63,676 bases of DNA, filler included, from Octopus bimaculoides (GCF_001194135.2; 9 parts of 9 records of this genome joined end to end with filler, not necessarily neighbours in it), one strand, 5' to 3'. Counted from the whole stretch's first letter, positions 21,579 to 35,489 are shown. Numbers and translations: made by a program. Notes: a model not told the origin generated them from the sequence alone.

Positions 21579-23599
21579 GTATGTACTTTTACAATTTTTT
21601 TAATTTTATCCTCAGCTGAATATTCTAAAAGTGCTCTGAGGGCCAAGAGTTTCGTGAAAGTCACAATTCTGATAAGAGACATCTCACTTCCGACAAATGC
21701 GTGTGTGCGCGCGTTTGTATATATATATATATACACACACACACGCATATGTGAATGTGTCTGTGTGCGTATATACGTCTGTACACATCCAAACATACAT
21801 GTATACGCAATTATACATACATACATACGTAATTTGAAGTATGCTCATGTCGAAGATAAAGTGGGTTTCCTGTACACACCGGATCGTTCACTCAACATCA
21901 ATGCTATACATTATACATTATACACAATGCATAATATGTTATACACGCCATACTTCCCTAGACGGACGCTCCTTCCAGAGAATTCCTGCTGACCTATTTC
22001 TCTCCCTGGTTTCCTTCTTGCAAGTCTATGCCCAGGGTTGTAAACCGGCATCTTTCCCACAATTCCACTGGCCAGTTCTGATCACTCACCTCTTGTTTGT
22101 TAAATACTCTTAATGTATGTCTGTGTCTCTGTCTGTCTGTTGCTCTCACTCACTCTCTCTCTCTCTCTCTCTCTTTCTCACTCTCACTCCTTCTCTCTCA
22201 TTCTCTCTCAGACACACATAGACACTACACATACAGACATACACATGCACGTTCATACATTGATGCAAAAGCACATGGAGATAAATATACATATACGTTT
22301 ATATCATAGTCTGTATGTGTATGTATGTGTGTGTGTGTCTGTGTGTGTACGTGTGTGTGTGCGCGCGCACACACACATATACATGTACAGACACACGTAC
22401 ACACATACATACATATATATATATTTCTAAGTGTATATATGTATATATATAAAACACGCAAATATCTATACATATAGCTGTATAGATGTATGTATATATA
22501 TGTATGAGTATATGTGTGCATACGACTATATATACACACACACATACATAAATGTATGTATGTACGTATGCGTGTGTGTATATGTATGAATGTTTGCACG
22601 TATGTATGTGTGTGTGTATGTATATATGTATGTAATGGTATGTATATGTGTGCGTATATATATATATATATATATATGTACGTAAGTGTATATGTCTGTA
22701 TTTTCTTTGAGATTTACTTAAATTCTTCGAAGCATTGAAACCGGACACAATCGCAGATATGCCGTACGTACACTTCTGACTTTGCATATGGAAGTTCCTT
22801 CACCGAACCGAAAATGTTAAATCTTCAGAATTCACAAATCTTTACGAAAATTCATTCACATTACAAACTGACACGCTTCCTTCCATTCGAATCAATAATT
22901 CGATTTGAAGAACGCCAGGCAGTTTGTTTTGGTTTGAGCTGCGTTTAATTTTTTTTTCTATTCTCTTGGAAACCCGCAGCATTCCACAACTTTCTTCTAA
23001 ATTTGTTTTGTTACATATTTCAATACGATCTCGATAACAGGAATGAACGAATGTTTTGTAGCTTAGAGACAAGTGTTATAAGTTTTGATTTAGTTCGCTG
23101 CAGTTGTGTTATGAGTCCCATGTCATGTTCGTTCGTCGGAGCGACGAAGACCGTCTAGTCATCCTTACGGATGACTGATGTCTTGTGCGGCGGCTTTGTT
23201 TAACGTGAAGAAGTGTTACACACCATTAAACTCACTCCCTCGGTTGTGACCATCTTCAATCCAGTGACAAGACCAGGTCAAGACGACCTGGAAATGAAGA
23301 CGGATGCAGTGGGTGGGCAGGATGTCTTACATGGCTCCTTTTGCTCTCCACACTCCCCAATACACTGCTGCAGCCAACTTCCCCTCCGTTGAACCACAAA
23401 GGTTTCTTCCGCCAAGTCCGCCAGATCCAGTCTTTACATGCATAGGTAAGCAAACCATAATATACTAATTAACTCATAGCTTTACCCTGGTAAGTACCAC
23501 CACTACGAGTCAGAGCAGACGTGAGAACAATAGTGGCGTAGAGGGCGTTCCACACTTCAATTCTCGAACCAGCATCCGACAACCGGATAAAGTTTAATG

Positions 23600-24050
23600 C
23601 CATACCCAGGACACAGAGCAATATTGTTCTTTGTATCAAGAGAACAATATCATGTCTATTGTATTTGCACCGGATTTGTTTTTGTTTTTATTGGAATGTT
23701 CCGCTGATATCCCTTATTTTCAAAGGTGTGGACACATTCTAGTTCCGTTTGATATAAGTGTCAAGGCAACCATCTCGCTCATAGCTCTGCAAATAGTTTT
23801 GAAAATATTGTCGTGTCTCATAGGAAGTTTGTGTCTTGTGTACATTTTGGCAGCAACTGGTAAAGATGTGGGCGATATCCTCCACATTGATGTAGCACAA
23901 GCGACATATTCTGGGAGTTTGATGACATCCTTATCTCTCTTATTGATCAAATATTTTGTAACTATTTCCTGCTCTTGAATAACGAATTTGTATCCTTTTC
24001 GGTGGGATGTCTCTGTCTCCGGTTCAGCAGAGGCTACGCTTCCCGTCAAA
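23600..24050 (-). mobile_element. RLE-type (R4/Dong/CRE-like) non-LTR retrotransposon C-terminal fragment
   Basis: CRLCYINVEDIAHIFTSC (CCHC zinc knuckle), KMYTRHKLPMRHDNI and NIPIKTKQIRCKYNRHDIV (PD motif region), with frameshifts. Confidence 0.75.
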
Positions 24051-24126
24051 ATCTTTGGTATTCTCTTACTTGCAAGTTTTGCACCTCTGAAAAACCCTTC
24101 TGTTGTTATAATCAGAGTTTCCCCAC

Positions 24127-24540
24127 CGGCGGCGAGTCGGCCGAATCGTTAGCGCGTCGGGGAAAATGTTTAGCGGCAATTCGTCCGACTTTAGGTTCTG
24201 AGTTCAAATTCCACTGAGGTTGGCATTGTCTTTCATCCTTTCAGAGTCGATAAAACAAGTACCAGTGACACACTGGGGTCAATGTAATCAATTTACCCCC
24301 TCCCCCAACATTTCAAGCCTTATGTCTACAATAGAAAAAATTATATTTTAAGATGGTAAAGGCAGCGAGCTGGCCCAATCGTTAGCGCGTCGGACAAAAT
24401 GCTTTACGTTCTGAGTTCGAATTCCCCACTCTTAATTTTACCTTTCCTCCTTTCGGGTTCGAAAGCACAGCTGAGCACTGGGATCGATGTAATCGACTTA
24501 CCCCTTCACTGAAATTGCTGGCCTTGTTCCAAAATTTGAA
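24127..24540 (+). mobile_element. Two tandem SINE family A copies (about 24127-24340 and 24357-24540)
   Basis: Each begins ggc(g/a)gcgag...aatcgttagcgcgtcgg and has a B-box-like gttc(t)gagttc(a/g)aattcc. Confidence 0.82.
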
Positions 24541-24599
24541 AGCAATGAGTGTTTCTTCCTCTAAATTTTTGTACCAGACTTCTTAGTACCAAGCTTAAA

Positions 24600-24730
24600 T
24601 ATTTATTGCTTTATTGCCCACGGGGAAGGGGCTAAACATTGAGGGGACAAACAAGGACAGACAAAGGAATTCAGTCGATTACAGCGACCCCAGTGCGTAA
24701 CTGGTACTTATTTAATCGACCCCGAAAGGT
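24600..24730 (-). mobile_element. SINE family A 3' half
   Basis: ggggacaaacaaggacagacaaagg...taactggtacttatttaatcgaccccgaaagg, as at 2290-2390. Confidence 0.78.
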
Positions 24731-25708
24731 ATATACATATATATGTGTGTGTCTGGGTATAATATAAATATATATATATATATAAGTTATGTAATCCCTC
24801 CAGTTGACAGTTTAAGAGCAGGTGACAGTGGAGTTGGCCATTGCAACACTAATGCTGCCAACGTGCTTCTACGTAGAAATAGCAGCAACAAAATCCACCT
24901 CAGTTCATACAACGATATACAACAAATAGGGCGCGTTGGATAATGTGATCCACGCTTCGCTGCACTTCGGGGGAAAAAACCCTGGGATGGTGCCGGTTGG
25001 AATGCTTTTGATCATGGTTCGGATCAATAGAGCTTGACCTGGGGTTAAATAACTAACAAGATCAACAATGACAGCCAAACTGCTTCTGCTGCTGCTGCTG
25101 CTGCCACTACTACTACTACTGCTACTACTACTACTACTACTAATAATAATAATAATATGCACATACTCACACAGACATATATACGTATATAAAAACGGAT
25201 ATATGTAAGCATTGATGTATGTGCATATATATATATATATATATACATGTTTATATATATATACACTCACATTTATATATATATATACATATACATATGT
25301 GTGTGTGTATTTTTATATATACNNNNNNNNNNTATATATCTGTGCATTTATGTTTGAAAGTGTATATACATGTAATACATACATATCGATAGATAGAAAG
25401 ATAGATAGATAGATGTGTGTCCGTGTGCCTGTCTATATGTGTGTGTGATGGTATGCATGTGTGTGTGTAGAACGTATATGTGTGTGTGCATATATAGATA
25501 TATAGACACGCACACACGTTTGTGTTTGTCTTCTGTGTGTGCGTGTGTATATGTGTGTATGTGTGTGTGTGTGTATATGTGCGTGTGTGTGTATGCATGT
25601 GTGTGTGTGCGTGTCTGTATGTGCGCGTGTGTTTGTATGTGTATGAGCATGTGTGTATGTGCGTGTGTGTAATGTGCGTATGCTTGAAATGTGTATGTGC
25701 GTGGGTGT

Positions 25709-25746
<38 letters not shown>

Positions 25747-25918
25747 GGATATGTTCTCATTGCGTTCTGCGCTCGTCTCCTTGTGAGGTAAACATGAAAG
25801 GGGGGGGGAGGAGGAGTGNNNNNNNNNNNNNNNNNNNNNNNNNNNNNNNNNNNNNNNNNNNNTTAATTAATTAANNNNNNNNNNNNNNNNNNNNNNNNNN
25901 NNNNNNNNNNNNNNNNNN

Positions 25919-26206
25919 CTCCACAGACACGTGTACCCTTAACGTAGTTCTCAGGGATATTCAGCGCGACACAGTGTGACAAGGCTGACCCTTTGAATTA
26001 CAGGCACAACAGAAACAGGGAGTAAGAGTGAGAGGAAGTTGTGTTGAAAGAGTACAGCAGGGTTCGCCACCATCCCCTGCCGGAGCCTCGTGGAGCTTTA
26101 GGTGTTTTCGCTCAATAAACACTCACAACGCCCGGTCTGGGAATCGAAACCGCGATCCTATGACCGCGAGTCCGCTGCCCTAACCACTGGGCCATTGCGC
26201 CTCCAC
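25919..26206 (-). mobile_element. tRNA-derived SINE, family C (tRNA-Arg-like head, OR-type)
   Basis: Minus strand begins gtggaggcgcaatggcccagtggttagggcagcggactcgcggtcataggatcgcggtttcgattcc (A and B boxes). Body shared with 41775-41878. Confidence 0.82.
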
Positions 26207-26455
26207 AGCCAATGATCAACCTGGAGCTAAATAACGACGAAAGCGACAATAATAAAAACAACAACAAGTGAGTCGTCTCTGTAGTTGCTCAAACAGGTAG
26301 AAATAACAGCTAAATCTCACTCAAACCAAACTCCAGTGTTTGGCAAAAGGAACGAGATGTTAGTTAGACCTTCCTTTTCCAACCACGTGATTTCAAATTG
26401 AATCAAACAGGGCAGAATTTAAGGGGTCTGACTTGTGAGTGGATTTGATACACAT

Positions 26456-27715
26456 ATGTGTGTATGTATGTATGTATGTATGTATGTTTGTGTGTTTGTA
26501 TGTATGTATGCATGTATGTATGTATGTATGTATGTATGTTTCTATGTATGTATGTATGTATGTATGTTTGTATGTATGTATGTATGTATGTATGTTTGTT
26601 TGTATGTGTGTATGTATGTATGTATGTATGTATGTATGTATGTTTGTATGTTTGTATGTATGTATGTATGTATGTGTCTATGTATGTATGTATTTATGTA
26701 TGTGTGTATGTATGCATGTATGTATGTATGTATGTATGTTTGTATGTATGTATGTATGTTTGTATGTATGTATGTTTGTATGTATGTATGTATATATGTA
26801 TGTATGTATGTATGTTTGTNNNNNNNNNNNNNNNNNNNNNNNNNNNNNNNNNNNNNNNNNNNNNNNNNNNNNNNNNNNNNNNNNNNNNNNNNNNNNNNNN
26901 NNNNNNNNNNNNNNNNNNNNNNNNNNNNNNNNNNNNNNNNNNNNNNNNNNNNNNNNNNNNNNNNNNNNNNNNNNNNNNNNNNNNNNNNNNNNNNNNNNNN
27001 NNNNNNNNNNNNNNNNNNNNNNNNNNNNNNNNNNNNNNNNNNNNNNNNNNNNNNNNNNNNNNNNNNNNNNNNNNNNNNNNNNNNNNNNNNNNNNNNNNNN
27101 NNNNNNNNNNNNNNNNNNNNNNNNNNNNNNNNNNNNNNNNNNNNNNNNNNNNNNNNNNNNNNNNNNNNNNNNNNNNNNNNNNNNNNNNNNNNNNNNNNNN
27201 NNNNNNNNNNNNNNNNNNNNNNNNNNNNNNNNNNNNNNNNNNNNNNNNNNNNNNNNNNNNNNNNNNNNNNNNNNNNNNNNNNNNNNNNNNNNNNNNNNNN
27301 NNNNNNNNNNNNNNNNNNNNNNNNNNNNNNNNNNNNNNNNNNNNNNNNNNNNNNNNNNNNNNNNGTATGTGTGTATGTATGTGTGTATGTATGTATGTAT
27401 GTATGTATGTTTGTATGTATGTATGTTTGTATGTATGTATTATGTATGTGATTATGTATGTGTGTATGTATGTATGTATATATGTGTGTGTATGTATGTA
27501 TGTATGTATGCATGCATGTATGTATGTATGTATATATGTATGTATGTATGTACGTATGCATGCATGCATGTACGTATGTATGTATGTATGTATGTATGTA
27601 TGTTTGTATGTATGTATGTGTGTATGTATATGTATGTATGTGTGTATGTATGTATGCATGCATGTATGTATGTATGCATGTATGTAAGTATGTATGTATG
27701 TATGTATGTATCTAT
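26456..27715. repeat. (TGTA)n tetranucleotide satellite spanning an N gap
   Basis: Read directly; gap at 26820-27364. Confidence 0.96.
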
Positions 27716-27746
27716 CTATATTCCTTTTTTATTGTTTTATTTGATT

Positions 27747-28090
27747 CAATCATTTGACTGCGGCCATGCTGGAGGACCGCCTGTAGTCGAACAAATCTAC
27801 CCCAAGACTTATTCTAGTACTTATTCTATCGGTCTCTTTTGCCGAGCCGCTAAGAGACGGGGACGTAAACAAACCAGCATCGGTTGTCAAGCAATGTTGG
27901 GGGACAAACACAGACACACAAACACACACACACATATATATATATAATACGACGGGCTTCTTTCAGTTTCCGTCTACCAAATCCACTCACAAGGTTTTGG
28001 TCGGCTCGTGGCTATAGTAGAAGACACTTGGTCGGACTGAACCCGGAACCATGTGGTTGGTAAGCAAGCTACTTACAACTCAGCCACTCC
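27747..28090 (-). mobile_element. Composite SINE: family B head (internally deleted), (CA/TA)n, tail module D
   Basis: catttgactgcggccatgctgg...gacgtaaac...gacgggcttctttcagtttccgtctaccaaatccactcacaagg...taagcaagctacttac. Confidence 0.85.
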
Positions 28091-28112
28091 TATATATATA
28101 TACATATATGTA

Positions 28113-28175
<63 letters not shown>

Positions 28176-29424
28176 TTCTCTCTCTCTCTCANNNNNNNNN
28201 NNNNNNNNNNNNNNNNNNNNNNNNNNNNNNNNNNNNNNNNNNNNNNNNNNNNNNNNNNNNNNNNNNNNNNNNNNNNNNNNNNNNNNNNNNNNNNNNNNNN
28301 NNNNNNNNNNNNNNNNNNNNNNNNNNNNNNNNNNNNNNNNNNNNNNNNNNNNNNNNNNNNNNNNNNNNNNNNNNNNNNNNNNNNNNNNNNNNNNNNNNNN
28401 NNNNNNNNNNNNNNNNNNNNNNNNNNNNNNNNNNNNNNNNNNNNNNNNNNNNNNNNNNNNNNNNNNNNNNNNNNNNNNNNNNNNNNNNNNNNNNNNNNNN
28501 NNNNNNNNNNNNNNNNNNNNNNNNNNNNNNNNNNNNNNNNNNNNNNNNNNNNNNNNNNNNNNNNNNNNNNNNNNNNNNNNNNNNNNNNNNNNNNNNNNNN
28601 NNNNNNNNNNNNNNNNNNNNNNNNNNNNNNNNNNNNNNNNNNNNNNNNNNNNNNNNNNNNNNNNNNNNNNNNNNNNNNNNNNNNNNNNNNNNNNNNNNNN
28701 NNNNNNNNNNNNNNNNNNNNNNNNNNNNNNNNNNNNNNNNNNNNNNNNNNNNNNNNNNNNNNNNNNNNNNNNNNNNNNNNNNNNNNNNNNNNNNNNNNNN
28801 NNNNNNNNNNNNNNNNNNNNNNNNNNNNNNNNNNNNNNNNNNNNNNNNNNNNNNNNNNNNNNNNNNNNNNNNNNNNNNNNNNNNNNNNNNNNNNNNNNNN
28901 NNNNNNNNNNNNNNNNNNNNNNNNNNNNNNNNNNNNNNNNNNNNNNNNNNNNNNNNNNNNNNNNNNNNNNNNNNNNNNNNNNNNNNNNNNNNNNNNNNNN
29001 NNNNNNNNNNNNNNNNNNNNNNNNNNNNNNNNNNNNNNNNNNNNNNNNNNNNNNNNATATATATATATATATATATATAATAATAATACAAAGAATATAT
29101 ATACATGTATACACACATATATGTATATACTTACATCTACATGTGTATATAGATGCATATCAGGGTACAGGACGTTAGAACAATGAACTACAGACAACGA
29201 AACGAACACATAGGAAAACAGAAAGCCACAGGAAAACAGAAAGCCACTTGGAATTATTCATCAGCTGCCTCTATTCTAACTAGACGTTTCGAAAATAAGG
29301 CATAAAATAAATAAAAAATGGTACTATTAAGTTAGACGTGGCCCGGACCAATCTTTGGTCGAAACATATCTAAGTTTATCTAAGTTTATATGCATATATA
29401 CATACGTATATGTGCATACATCTA

Positions 29425-29459
<35 letters not shown>

Positions 29460-29575
29460 GTCGAGGAATGTCGAGGTAAGGGTAGTTTGATGTTTGCATT
29501 GTTCTAAGTTATGTTTTACGTTGTTCAGAGGTAGCAATGTAGGCACAAGACGTCAGGAAACGTGTACAACAACAA

Positions 29576-29726
29576 CAAGAAGGACACACTAATTTAATTT
29601 TTCTTAAATATTTTAGGATGGAAAAAATTAATGTTGGCGTTATTGTAGCGACAACACGAATTTCTTCCATCTTCTTATTCTGTTAAAATATTTTAGAAAA
29701 ATTATATTAAAGTGTCCTACTTCTTG
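29576..29726. repeat. Imperfect fold-back of about 150 bp (MITE-like)
   Basis: caagaaggacacactaatttaatttttcttaaatatttt vs the reverse complement of aaaatattttagaaaaattatattaaagtgtcctacttcttg. Confidence 0.6.
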
Positions 29727-30079
29727 AAACATTCTATATTTTGAGCAGCTGAAGATAGCAATGCATTTAAATTTATGTAATGATTGCATTGTTCAATTAA
29801 ATTTAGCCGCTTAAAACGGTCGTATTGCATGACTGCTTGATATCCTGTTGCTTATTTTGATTCTATTCGCCTTACTTCGAGCTGTGCGGATAATACCGGA
29901 CTGACATGGTGCTTCAACTGAAGTACCTAATTTAACTGAATCTTAATTATTTCTATACACACACACACACACACACGCACACACACACACACGCACACAC
30001 AGACACAGACACACACACACACACACACACGCGCGCACACACACACACATACACATATGTATGTATCTGTATATATATG

Positions 30080-30170
30080 ACACCTTGGGCAAGTGTCTTC
30101 TACTATAGCCTCGGGCCGACCAAAGCCTTGTGAGTGGATTTGATAGACAGAAGCTGAAAGAAACCCGTCG
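30080..30170 (+). mobile_element. SINE family B, partial
   Basis: caccttgggcaagtgtcttctactatagcctcgggccgaccaaagccttgtgagtggatttg. Confidence 0.8.
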
Positions 30171-30279
30171 TTGGGCCTTCACATACGCACACACCCACTC
30201 CAACATAAACACATCATGGTAAACATTTGTAGATACTGGGACAAATATATGCGCAAAACATACTCCATTAAGATCAGTA

Positions 30280-31072
30280 TACAAATCTAAGTGCAGAATC
30301 CCTAGAAAGAGAAGTAGCAATTATCAGAATATTATCAGAAAAGTTAAAAAGGATTAAAAGAAAAATCAACCAACTTCAATACTGCCAGCAGCAACGCATC
30401 CATTCGACTGCCATTGTATCACTCGAATAAAAAAACACAACTTCCAAAAAAGCATGATAACCATCATTAACTGAAAGAGCAGCTGAGGAGAGTTGGGCCA
30501 TTGAGAAAATACATCTCAATCCCAAAATGCTCTTTTCATTTGCAAACGAACGTAAAGATGCCGTTGGTCCTCTGGTCGATGAGAACAACACACTACATGA
30601 TGATTCAAAATCCCTGTGCGAGATACTGCAGAGACAACACTGCTCTGTCTTCAGTAACGCTAATGCGGTTGATCTGGCTAGTATCAATGATGTAAACCTT
30701 CAACTAACCATATCTGACATAACTTTTGGTGCTCTTGATATCCTAACAGAAATAGATAAGATCAAGCAGTAAGTCCCGATAAGTTTTCGGCCACTGTCCT
30801 GAAGATGTGTTGACATCAACTTGCACCCCTTTTAGCTGAGCTCTGGAGAAACTCACTTGATGCACGCTACATTCTTGATCATTTTCTTTCCCAATCTGTC
30901 GTTCTAGTCTTCAAAAAGAGAAACAAATCTCTTGCAGTGAACTACCGTCCGATTCCACTCACTTCTCATATCATTAAAGTATTTGAGAAGGTGGTGAGAT
31001 CGCGAATAACTCACTTCCTCGAACACAACAATCTGCTGAACTGCAACCAGCATGGTTTCCGTGATGGCAGGG
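30280..31072 (+). mobile_element. CR1/L2-Jockey group LINE fragment (pre-RT and RT N-terminus)
   Basis: KIHLNPKMLFSFA...VGPLVDENN; PDKFSATVLKMC.HQLAPFLAELWRNSLD...VFKKRNKSLAVNYRPIPLTSHIIKVFEKVVRSRITHFLEHNNLLNCNQHGFRDGR. Confidence 0.88.
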
Positions 31073-31151
31073 TCTGCCGGTCGCAGGTTCTGCACCATTT
31101 TAAATATTAAAAACATCCTAGTTAGCACCCTTAGGCCACGGGAGGAGGTAG

Positions 31152-31632
31152 AATGTTCATGCAGGGATAGCAACAGATACCCGGTGGTGGTGGTGGTGGG
31201 GGGTCTTTGGCACTGCGAAACGAAAGTGTCATCTATGAAGCCGAAGTACTAAGAAACCCTAGCAATACCACTGGTAGATGCAGTAGCACTACCATCCCGA
31301 CAGTTAACAACATTAACAACAATAACAATAACATCATCATCAGGAGCAGCGTAACTAACAGCCTCCCCAACGTCTGTAATAGCAGACCTGACAATCCCTA
31401 TTGCAGCAATATCGGCAATAATAGTTATAATTATAGCAGCAGCAGCGGCGGCCGCCGCGGCGGCGGCAGTGGCCCCAGCAGAAATACAAGCAGAACCAAC
31501 GCTAATGACATTTCTAACAGTAATGGCAACTCTCCCACCAGTGATGAGAACCACAATAGCAACAGCAGCATCTTCACTATCACCGGCAGTGGGCGATACC
31601 ATTACCACCACCACCACCACCACCACCACCAC
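31152..31632 (+). other. GC-rich low-complexity tract (AAC/AGC/GGC/CAC mixtures), open in one + frame for about 160 codons; coding status unresolved
   Basis: Asn/Ser/Gly-rich translation (ORF 31207 onward) with no ATG and no clear acceptor; ends in (CAC)n at a gap. Confidence 0.35.
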
Positions 31633-34094
31633 NNNNNNNNNNNNNNNNNNNNNNNNNNNNNNNNNNNNNNNNNNNNNNNNNNNNNNNNNNNNNNNNNNNN
31701 NNNNNNNNNNNNNNNNNNNNNNNNNNNNNNNNAGAGCGGGCGAGAGAGATGGGTTGAGATAGATAGAGAGATAGATTTGAAAATCTTACGTATGTACGTA
31801 TGTATGTTTTAATGAGTGTATTTTTTGTGTACTGCCAGCTCACATCAATGAATGTGCATTTTTATGTGTGTGTGTGTGTGTGTGTCTGTGTGTCGGTGTA
31901 TGTTTGCATTCTGAGATTTTTGCTTTTTATTTATTTGCCTCTTTGTTTTGTTTACATATGCACGTGTGCGCGCATCTATGTGTCTTGTGTTCTCGCTTGT
32001 GTGAGCTAGTGTAGTAGGCGTCATGTATGATTTTCTGATATTGTTTTGTTTTTTTTCTGATAGTGTACCTGACTAAATATATAGGTATCGCCCCATAATT
32101 CAGTTGTCATATTTTATTTGTGCTCCAGTATGGAACACATAAAAAAATATTCAAAATTTTCACCACAAAATACTTTTTATTTTTCAACAAAAATAATTAC
32201 TAACAAAAAAATAATTACTAACAAAAAAATAATTACCGTCAGCTATGTATTTGTTTATCTTACAAAAATTATTGTAATATTTTTCTTGCTTCCTTGAACT
32301 AGTCCAAGAATTTTGAATCACGAATTGGGTAAGTAGCTTACCGAATCCAGAAATTAGATTTTCTTTCGCGACATATTTTGTGACAGACTCTCTCGCGCCT
32401 TTCTTCATAATTGCTTTACTGACATAATTGAAGTTGAATAATCAGTACTATCAAAAGTATTGCTGAACACAACAAACACGTCTTTTATTTATTTATTTCC
32501 TTTTTTTTTTTTTGTTATTTATTTTCTATCTGCTTGGTGAAGTTTTATACGATTCAAAAAGAAAAAAAAAAAGAAATTGCATATGCGTGTGTGTTCCGCG
32601 ATTACCATATATATAGAGAAAAAATTACAGGCAGCTAGTTTGGCATTAGCGTTAAAGCGTCGTTACTTGTTTCGTCCTCCGATATTTTAACACCACCTAT
32701 GTCAGCTTTCTACTCAATAAATAATGTACCAGTTAAGTATTGAGGTCGATCCCCACTTTCCATCTTTTATCTCTCTCTCTCCCTCCCTCTATCTATCTAT
32801 CTATCTATCTCGCTCGTTTGTGTTCTTTATTTCTCTCTCTCTCCGCTAAGAATTAAAATGCTCGAAACACGCTGCCACGACTTATCGGAAGTCCCGATCC
32901 CAAGGTGGATTGTAGAATTTTGAGACAATGCGTCAGTAATATAAATAGTGTGAAATGGTTCTACAGACTATACTTGTCATTTATTGATACAATTGCATCA
33001 TGGAGTGAAACAGACGAACTAGCCTTTGAGTTCGATTTTATGAGTTAGGCGCTACTAGAAAAAAAATTGTCCAAACACTCTCGATTCCATTCAATTTTCA
33101 TCTGCCACTTCAAAAAAGATTTTTCGATCAGATTTGAGCTGAACTTACCAGAATTTAGCGAATTTTCCTAGAAGAAATGCCACTTTGACCATTTTTGCTA
33201 TGGTCACCAGCAAATGAACATGAAACATGCATGTAAAGGGAGATGTAATATATATAGCATGAATTAATGATCTATCTCCGTTTATTCAGAATAACATCAA
33301 TCCACATTAAATTCTATATCGTCTACTGCTGCAGAAAATGCAGTGTCCAGCTTCGCAACCTACCAGATAATATGGGCGTAACCAGTCTTCCAACTGAGTG
33401 GGTTTTTTAATTATGAAAATACATCAACCATTCGCTAAAAATTGTGCTTGGGCGTACATGAATTTTGTATATTATAAACTCATTTTTAGGGAAAGCGTTT
33501 CACTTGACCCTTTCAAACTACTTTCCTGGTTGCGTATGCTGGGGAGAGTTTGATTCAAAACATTACCTCTCCCGGCTAAGGGTCACAATATAATTGTGAT
33601 TGTTCTTGTCTTTGTTATTCTTGTTTAGCTCCTGGTCAGAAATGGGTTTTAAGGGATTCATCGTTAAATTAAGGGGAATAGGTTGATGTTTCTAGCATGT
33701 TGATCAGGCCACTGATATTTACAAGAAAACTTAACTTTCGATAAGTTGTGACATCGATGTTTCTATCTGTCTGTCTCTTTGTCTCTCTGTGCTTGTCTTC
33801 TATTTGTGTTGGCCGTTTCTGGTTCATCGCAGATACTTATGTAAGCATGAATAATCACTAGAACTAAATAAGGTTTTATGAGTTACAAAGATGAGGTAGA
33901 AATTACTACATTTTGAGTCCTAATCGTGTCGAGATCAAATTTTGTTATTTTTCTATCGCTGGGGTCAATGAAATAGGCTACCGGTCAACTAACCACTCCC
34001 GTCGTTTACAACAGCCTAATTAAGAAAGGATTACAATAATCAAATAATATTGCCCTATTGGCAAATCAAAAAAATTATCATCATTCTAGTCTTA

Positions 34095-34568
<474 letters not shown>

Positions 34569-34572
34569 TTCC

Positions 34573-34794
34573 TAAGGCGGTGAGCCGGCAGAATCGTTGG
34601 CACGCCGGGTAAAAAGCTTAGCGACATTTCGTCCGCCCTCACGTTCTGAGTTCCTATTCCGCCGAGGTCGACTTTGCCTTTCATGCTTTCGGGGTCGGTA
34701 AATTAAATTCCAATTGAGCCCTGGAGTTGATGAAATCTACTTAGTCACACCTCCCAAAGTTCAGGGCTTGTACCTTTAGTATAAAAGATTATTT

Positions 34795-34829
<35 letters not shown>

Positions 34830-35035
34830 AAAAGAGATGAGAATTGGTAGCACGCCTGACAAAACTGTTTAGCGGCATTTCGTTGGCATTTGCGTTCTGA
34901 CTTTCAAATTTCGCCCAAGTAGATTTTGCCTGTCAACCTTTCGGATGCGATAAAATAAGTACCAGTGAGCTACCGGGGTCGATGTAATTGGCTAGTCCCT
35001 TCTCCCTGAATTCCAGCCCTTGTGTCTCTATAGTA
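34573..35035 (+). mobile_element. Two SINE family A copies (about 34573-34790 and 34830-35035) separated by (CAT)n
   Basis: taaggcggtgagccggcagaatcgttggcacgccggg...gtcgactttgcctttcat. Confidence 0.83.
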
Positions 35036-35489
35036 GGAAAAATTATTATTAATCTAGTTGTTGTTGGTGAGGCTGTTGTAAGATTTTAGGACAATAGAAT
35101 CATTATAGCATAGGGGAAAGATGCTTTGCCATATTTCTTAGAACCATTATTTGTTTTGAGTTTAAATACCCACTGTGTCAACTATGCATTTCATCTTTCC
35201 GAAGGTGATAAAATAATGTACAATTCACGTACTGAGATCGATTTAATTGACTATTCCCAACTACCGAATCTTTTTGGCCTTGTTCCCTATATTAGAAACA
35301 ATAATTATTATTATTGTCATTATTGATTTGTTTCATTTTGTTAGGAATTAAGCTTGTAACAAACTACGTTATAGTAGTGACTTGTAGGCACATGGTATTT
35401 CGTTATACAACCATAATATACTACAAAGTATACTAAACGTTTTTATGAGTAAATATTCTGTTCTACTGTGTTAGCAATGCTATTACATC

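Noticed and set aside
23132-23182. Twin hairpins as a permuted hammerhead
   Set aside because: The core reads CUGAUGU and GAAG, with no NUH next to helix I.
22700-23600. Minus-strand ORFs (22842-23072, 23256-23453) and ORF 32184-32408 as host exons
   Set aside because: No recognisable protein family and no convincing paired splice sites; 23250-23600 may be a decayed LINE, but I could not assign it.
26130-26206. tRNA-like sequences here and at other SINE heads
   Set aside because: They have A/B boxes but run into SINE bodies without a complete acceptor stem; called as SINEs, not tRNA genes.
22097-29209. Long ORFs of MYVC/HTYI/X-rich type in the ORF track (also at 36-40 kb, 45-50 kb, 56-57 kb and 61-63 kb)
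   Set aside because: They are translations of (TA)n, (TG)n and (TGTA)n microsatellites and N gaps.
29250-29375. CTGATGA and CGAAACGTC on the minus strand, and a GACCAA/TTGGTC-GAAA hairpin at about 29349-29368
   Set aside because: In the first, box order is permuted and helix I does not pair; the second lacks a CUGANGA box. Not supportable as hammerheads.
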